From: an uncultured Coriobacteriia bacterium
Lineage (GTDB): Bacteria > Actinomycetota > Coriobacteriia > Anaerosomatales > JAAXUF01
Reading direction: 5' to 3'
DNA length: 64,000 nucleotides
NCBI GenBank assembly: GCA_963789515.1
Contig: CAWBKW010000009.1
Coordinates: 31,088-95,087 of the forward strand
Shown here: positions 61,524 to 64,000 of the stretch, piece by piece
Numbering within the stretch: the stretch's first letter is position 1
Layout of the letters: each line of letters opens with the position of its first letter
Notes under the pieces: model-generated
Seen by the model: the letters and a program-made list of their open reading frames with translations, nothing else
Database searches by the model: none
Told to the model about the DNA's origin: nothing
Position numbers and translations under genes: made by a program

Positions 61524-62897
61524 ATGTTCTCAGAACGACTCCTCACGGCGGTGATGCGCCGGACGAACGATCGATACCTCACGCTCAGCCCGTCGGGCGT
61601 CGACCAACTGCCGGCACCGATCCCGGGACGCCCCTACCTGCTCTACGTGCATATCCCGTTCTGCGAGCGGTTGTGCCCATACTGCTCGTTCAACCGCTTT
61701 CCGTACAACGCCGAGCGCGCGACCCGGTACTTCAAGCAGCTCCGCGAAGAGATGCGGATGGTCGCGGACCTGGGCTACGACTTCCACTCGCTCTACGTGG
61801 GGGGCGGTACGCCGACCATCGACATCGACGAGCTCGTGGCCACGATCGACCTGGCCAAGTCGCTCTTCTCGATCAAGGAAGTCTCCTGCGAGACCAACCC
61901 CAACCACCTGTACCCGCAGTGGATCGATCCGCTGGTTGAGCGGGTCGACCGCTTCAGCGTCGGGGTCCAGGCGCTCGACGACGAACTGCTGCGCCAGATG
62001 GACCGGTATGACAAGTACGGCTCGGCGGCCCAGATCCTGGAACGGCTCCAATCCATCGAGGGCAGATTCCACTCGCTCAATGTGGACATGATCTTCAACT
62101 TCCCCAGCCAGACCGCCGAGAAGCTGGCGACCGACATCGAGCTGGTCAAGCGGACGGGAGCGAACCAGGCGACGTTCTATCCCCTGATGGCCTCGCCGGC
62201 GGTTCGGGAGTCGCTCAAGCGGACGGTCGGCAAGGTCGACTACGCACGCGAGTACCACTACTACCGTCAGATCTCGCAACAGATGAGCGATACCTTCGAG
62301 CCCGCGAGCGCGTGGACGTTCTCGCGTACGGGCGGCGGGATGATCGACGAGTACATCGTGGACTACGAAGACTACGTGGGCCTCGGCAGCGGCGCGTTCT
62401 CCTTCCTGGACGGTGCGCTCTACGTCAATACCTTCTCGCTGAAGGCCTACGGTGAACGCATCACCGAGGGCAAGACGCCTGCGCTGCAAAGCCGCGTCTT
62501 CACCACACTCGACCGGATGCGCTACCGGTTCCTGATGTCGCTCTTCGGGATGCGCCTGGACAAGCGCCGGTTCAAGGATGACTTCGGAGTCCGGATCGAG
62601 CAGGGGCTGGCGGTGGAGATGGCCTTCATGCGTTCGGCAGGCGCCTTCTCGATCGACAACTCCGATGAGCTCGTCCTCTCACCCACGGGGAGCTACCTGC
62701 TCGTCGCGATGATGCGCGAGTTCTTCGTAGGCGTGAACAACCTGCGCGACCAGGCCCGGGAGGCCCTGTCCACGCCCGAGCGCGAGCTGCTCTTCGGCGA
62801 CGGCGCCGCATCCTGCTCTGCCGAGGACGCCGCAGGTACCCTTGCGGCCGTGACCGCGGACACCGAGTCGGCAGAGGGCTCACCTATCCCGCGCTAG
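61524..62897 (+). CDS. menK: HemN-like class C radical SAM enzyme, probable menaquinone methyltransferase
   Basis: YVHIPFCERLCPYCSF, GGGTP, QATFYPLM signature and MMREFF..VN..RD tail as in MenK/MqnK. Confidence 0.7.
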   Translation: MFSERLLTAVMRRTNDRYLTLSPSGVDQLPAPIPGRPYLLYVHIPFCERLCPYCSFNRFPYNAERATRYFKQLREEMRMVADLGYDFHSLYVGGGTPTIDIDELVATIDLAKSLFSIKEVSCETNPNHLYPQWIDPLVERVDRFSVGVQALDDELLRQMDRYDKYGSAAQILERLQSIEGRFHSLNVDMIFNFPSQTAEKLATDIELVKRTGANQATFYPLMASPAVRESLKRTVGKVDYAREYHYYRQISQQMSDTFEPASAWTFSRTGGGMIDEYIVDYEDYVGLGSGAFSFLDGALYVNTFSLKAYGERITEGKTPALQSRVFTTLDRMRYRFLMSLFGMRLDKRRFKDDFGVRIEQGLAVEMAFMRSAGAFSIDNSDELVLSPTGSYLLVAMMREFFVGVNNLRDQAREALSTPERELLFGDGAASCSAEDAAGTLAAVTADTESAEGSPIPR

Positions 62898-63006
62898 CTG
62901 CCGATAGACCAGTTGAGGTTCTGCTACGCTCATGCGCAAACACGCCACGGAGGCGTTCACGCGTCGCCTGAGCACGTGGCGGACATCACGCACTGGGGAG
63001 GTTTCG

Positions 63007-63471
63007 ATGGCACAGACCCCGCTCGTCGGGATCATCATGGGATCCAAGTCCGATTCCGAGGTCATGGCGGCGTGCGCCGCCCAACTCGAGGAGTTCGGCG
63101 TGCCGTTCGAAGTGGTCGTGGCCAGCGCGCATCGCAACCCCGAGCGCGTCCACGAGTGGGCGTCCACGGCTGCGGAGCGGGGCATGCTCGTACTCATCGC
63201 GGCCGCCGGCAAGGCGGCGCACCTGGGTGGCGTCGTCGCTGCGTTCACGCCGCTGCCGGTGATCACGGTCCCCATGAAGACGAGCGACCTTGGCGGCCTT
63301 GACTCGCTCCTGTCGATGGTGCAGATGCCGACCGGTGTGCCGGTCGCATGCGTCGCGATCAACGGCGCCAAGAACGCGGCCATTCTCGCAACCCAGATAC
63401 TCGGCTCGGCGCTGCCCGAGTACCGAGCGCGCATCGTGGAGTACAAGCAGTCGATGGCCGAGGCCCGGTAA
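63007..63471 (+). CDS. purE: N5-carboxyaminoimidazole ribonucleotide mutase
   Basis: [44 protein letters not shown]. Confidence 0.96.
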   Translation: MAQTPLVGIIMGSKSDSEVMAACAAQLEEFGVPFEVVVASAHRNPERVHEWASTAAERGMLVLIAAAGKAAHLGGVVAAFTPLPVITVPMKTSDLGGLDSLLSMVQMPTGVPVACVAINGAKNAAILATQILGSALPEYRARIVEYKQSMAEAR

Positions 63472-63514
63472 TCCTCCGGGTTCGCCGTGAAGCTGCGGAA
63501 ACGAGGTGGTTCGG

Positions 63515-63949
63515 ATGAAGCGAGACATGATCGGCAGGGGAGGGAACGTGGGACCCCCCAGGGGTGCGGAGGAGGGGTTCACGCTCGTCGAGTTGATGGT
63601 TGTAGTGCTTATTATCGGCATACTCATATCGATCGCCATTCCGGTGTTCAACTCGATGACTGAGAAGGCGCGGCTGAGAACCTGCCTCGCCAACCAGCGC
63701 ACCATCCAGGGCGCGGCCTCGATGTGGAGGGTCGACTCCACCACACCGGTCTCGACGCTTGCCGGCGTCCTGAACGTCTCAAGTCCGCTGATGAACCCGC
63801 TGTACCTCCAGAGGCCGCCGCGGTGTCCCTCGGCGCCGAGCTGTGCGGACCCCAACAACCCGACCGTCGCCGAGGGCGCCTACTCGCTCGATGCGAGCGG
63901 GAACGTGCTGCCCTGTGCTCTCGGCAGCCCGATGCACGCGGGGCTGTAG
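63515..63949 (+). CDS. Type IV pilin-like protein (prepilin N-terminal cleavage/methylation motif)
   Basis: EEG-FTLVELMVVVLIIGILISIAIP, then CLANQRTI and a Cys-containing C-terminal domain. Confidence 0.88.
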   Translation: MKRDMIGRGGNVGPPRGAEEGFTLVELMVVVLIIGILISIAIPVFNSMTEKARLRTCLANQRTIQGAASMWRVDSTTPVSTLAGVLNVSSPLMNPLYLQRPPRCPSAPSCADPNNPTVAEGAYSLDASGNVLPCALGSPMHAGL

Positions 63950-64000
63950 GCGGTCGCACCTCGGACATGATGTCCGCCGGGACCGACTGCGTCTCGGCGG

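Noticed and set aside
62937-63000. ZTP (pfl) riboswitch before purE
   Set aside because: CGCCTG is present but the conserved upstream GACTGGCG element is missing

Overview
A high-GC bacterial chromosome segment next to the replication origin, most consistent with an anaerobic Actinomycetota of class Coriobacteriia. This placement is an inference from the actinobacterial parS, the PafBC-like WYL pair, a MenK-like radical SAM enzyme, multiheme cytochromes and the rpsF-ssb-rpsR-DUF2232-rplI-dnaB-purA order. Core content: parS/rsmG-parA-parB, an AddAB-like helicase-nuclease, rlmN, reverse rubrerythrin, a multiheme cytochrome c, htrA, ddl, a P-type ATPase, sdaAA and sdaAB separated by a feoAB operon, a DinG-exonuclease, a WYL pair, an HcpR-controlled hcp operon, an M28 peptidase, a split CcmF-like heme lyase, a GGDEF protein, tRNA-Gly(CCC), an M23 peptidase with a LexA box, the ribosomal/dnaB cluster, a TetR-ABC-HlyD efflux operon, purA/purD/purE and a type IV pilin. 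At least a dozen genes, several of them normally essential, carry single-base indels that look like long-read assembly errors. No CRISPR array, integrase or transposase was seen. The best candidate for a new system is two unrelated exported c-type cytochromes that share a contracted CxCH(ST) heme motif, together with a stand-alone two-gene CcmF-like heme lyase whose WWD loop is rewritten. It may be a dedicated CxCH heme-attachment pathway. Other leads are a 6C-like small RNA upstream of the WYL genes, a PafBC-type promoter plus DnaA boxes at dnaB, and an SOS-controlled M23 peptidase.
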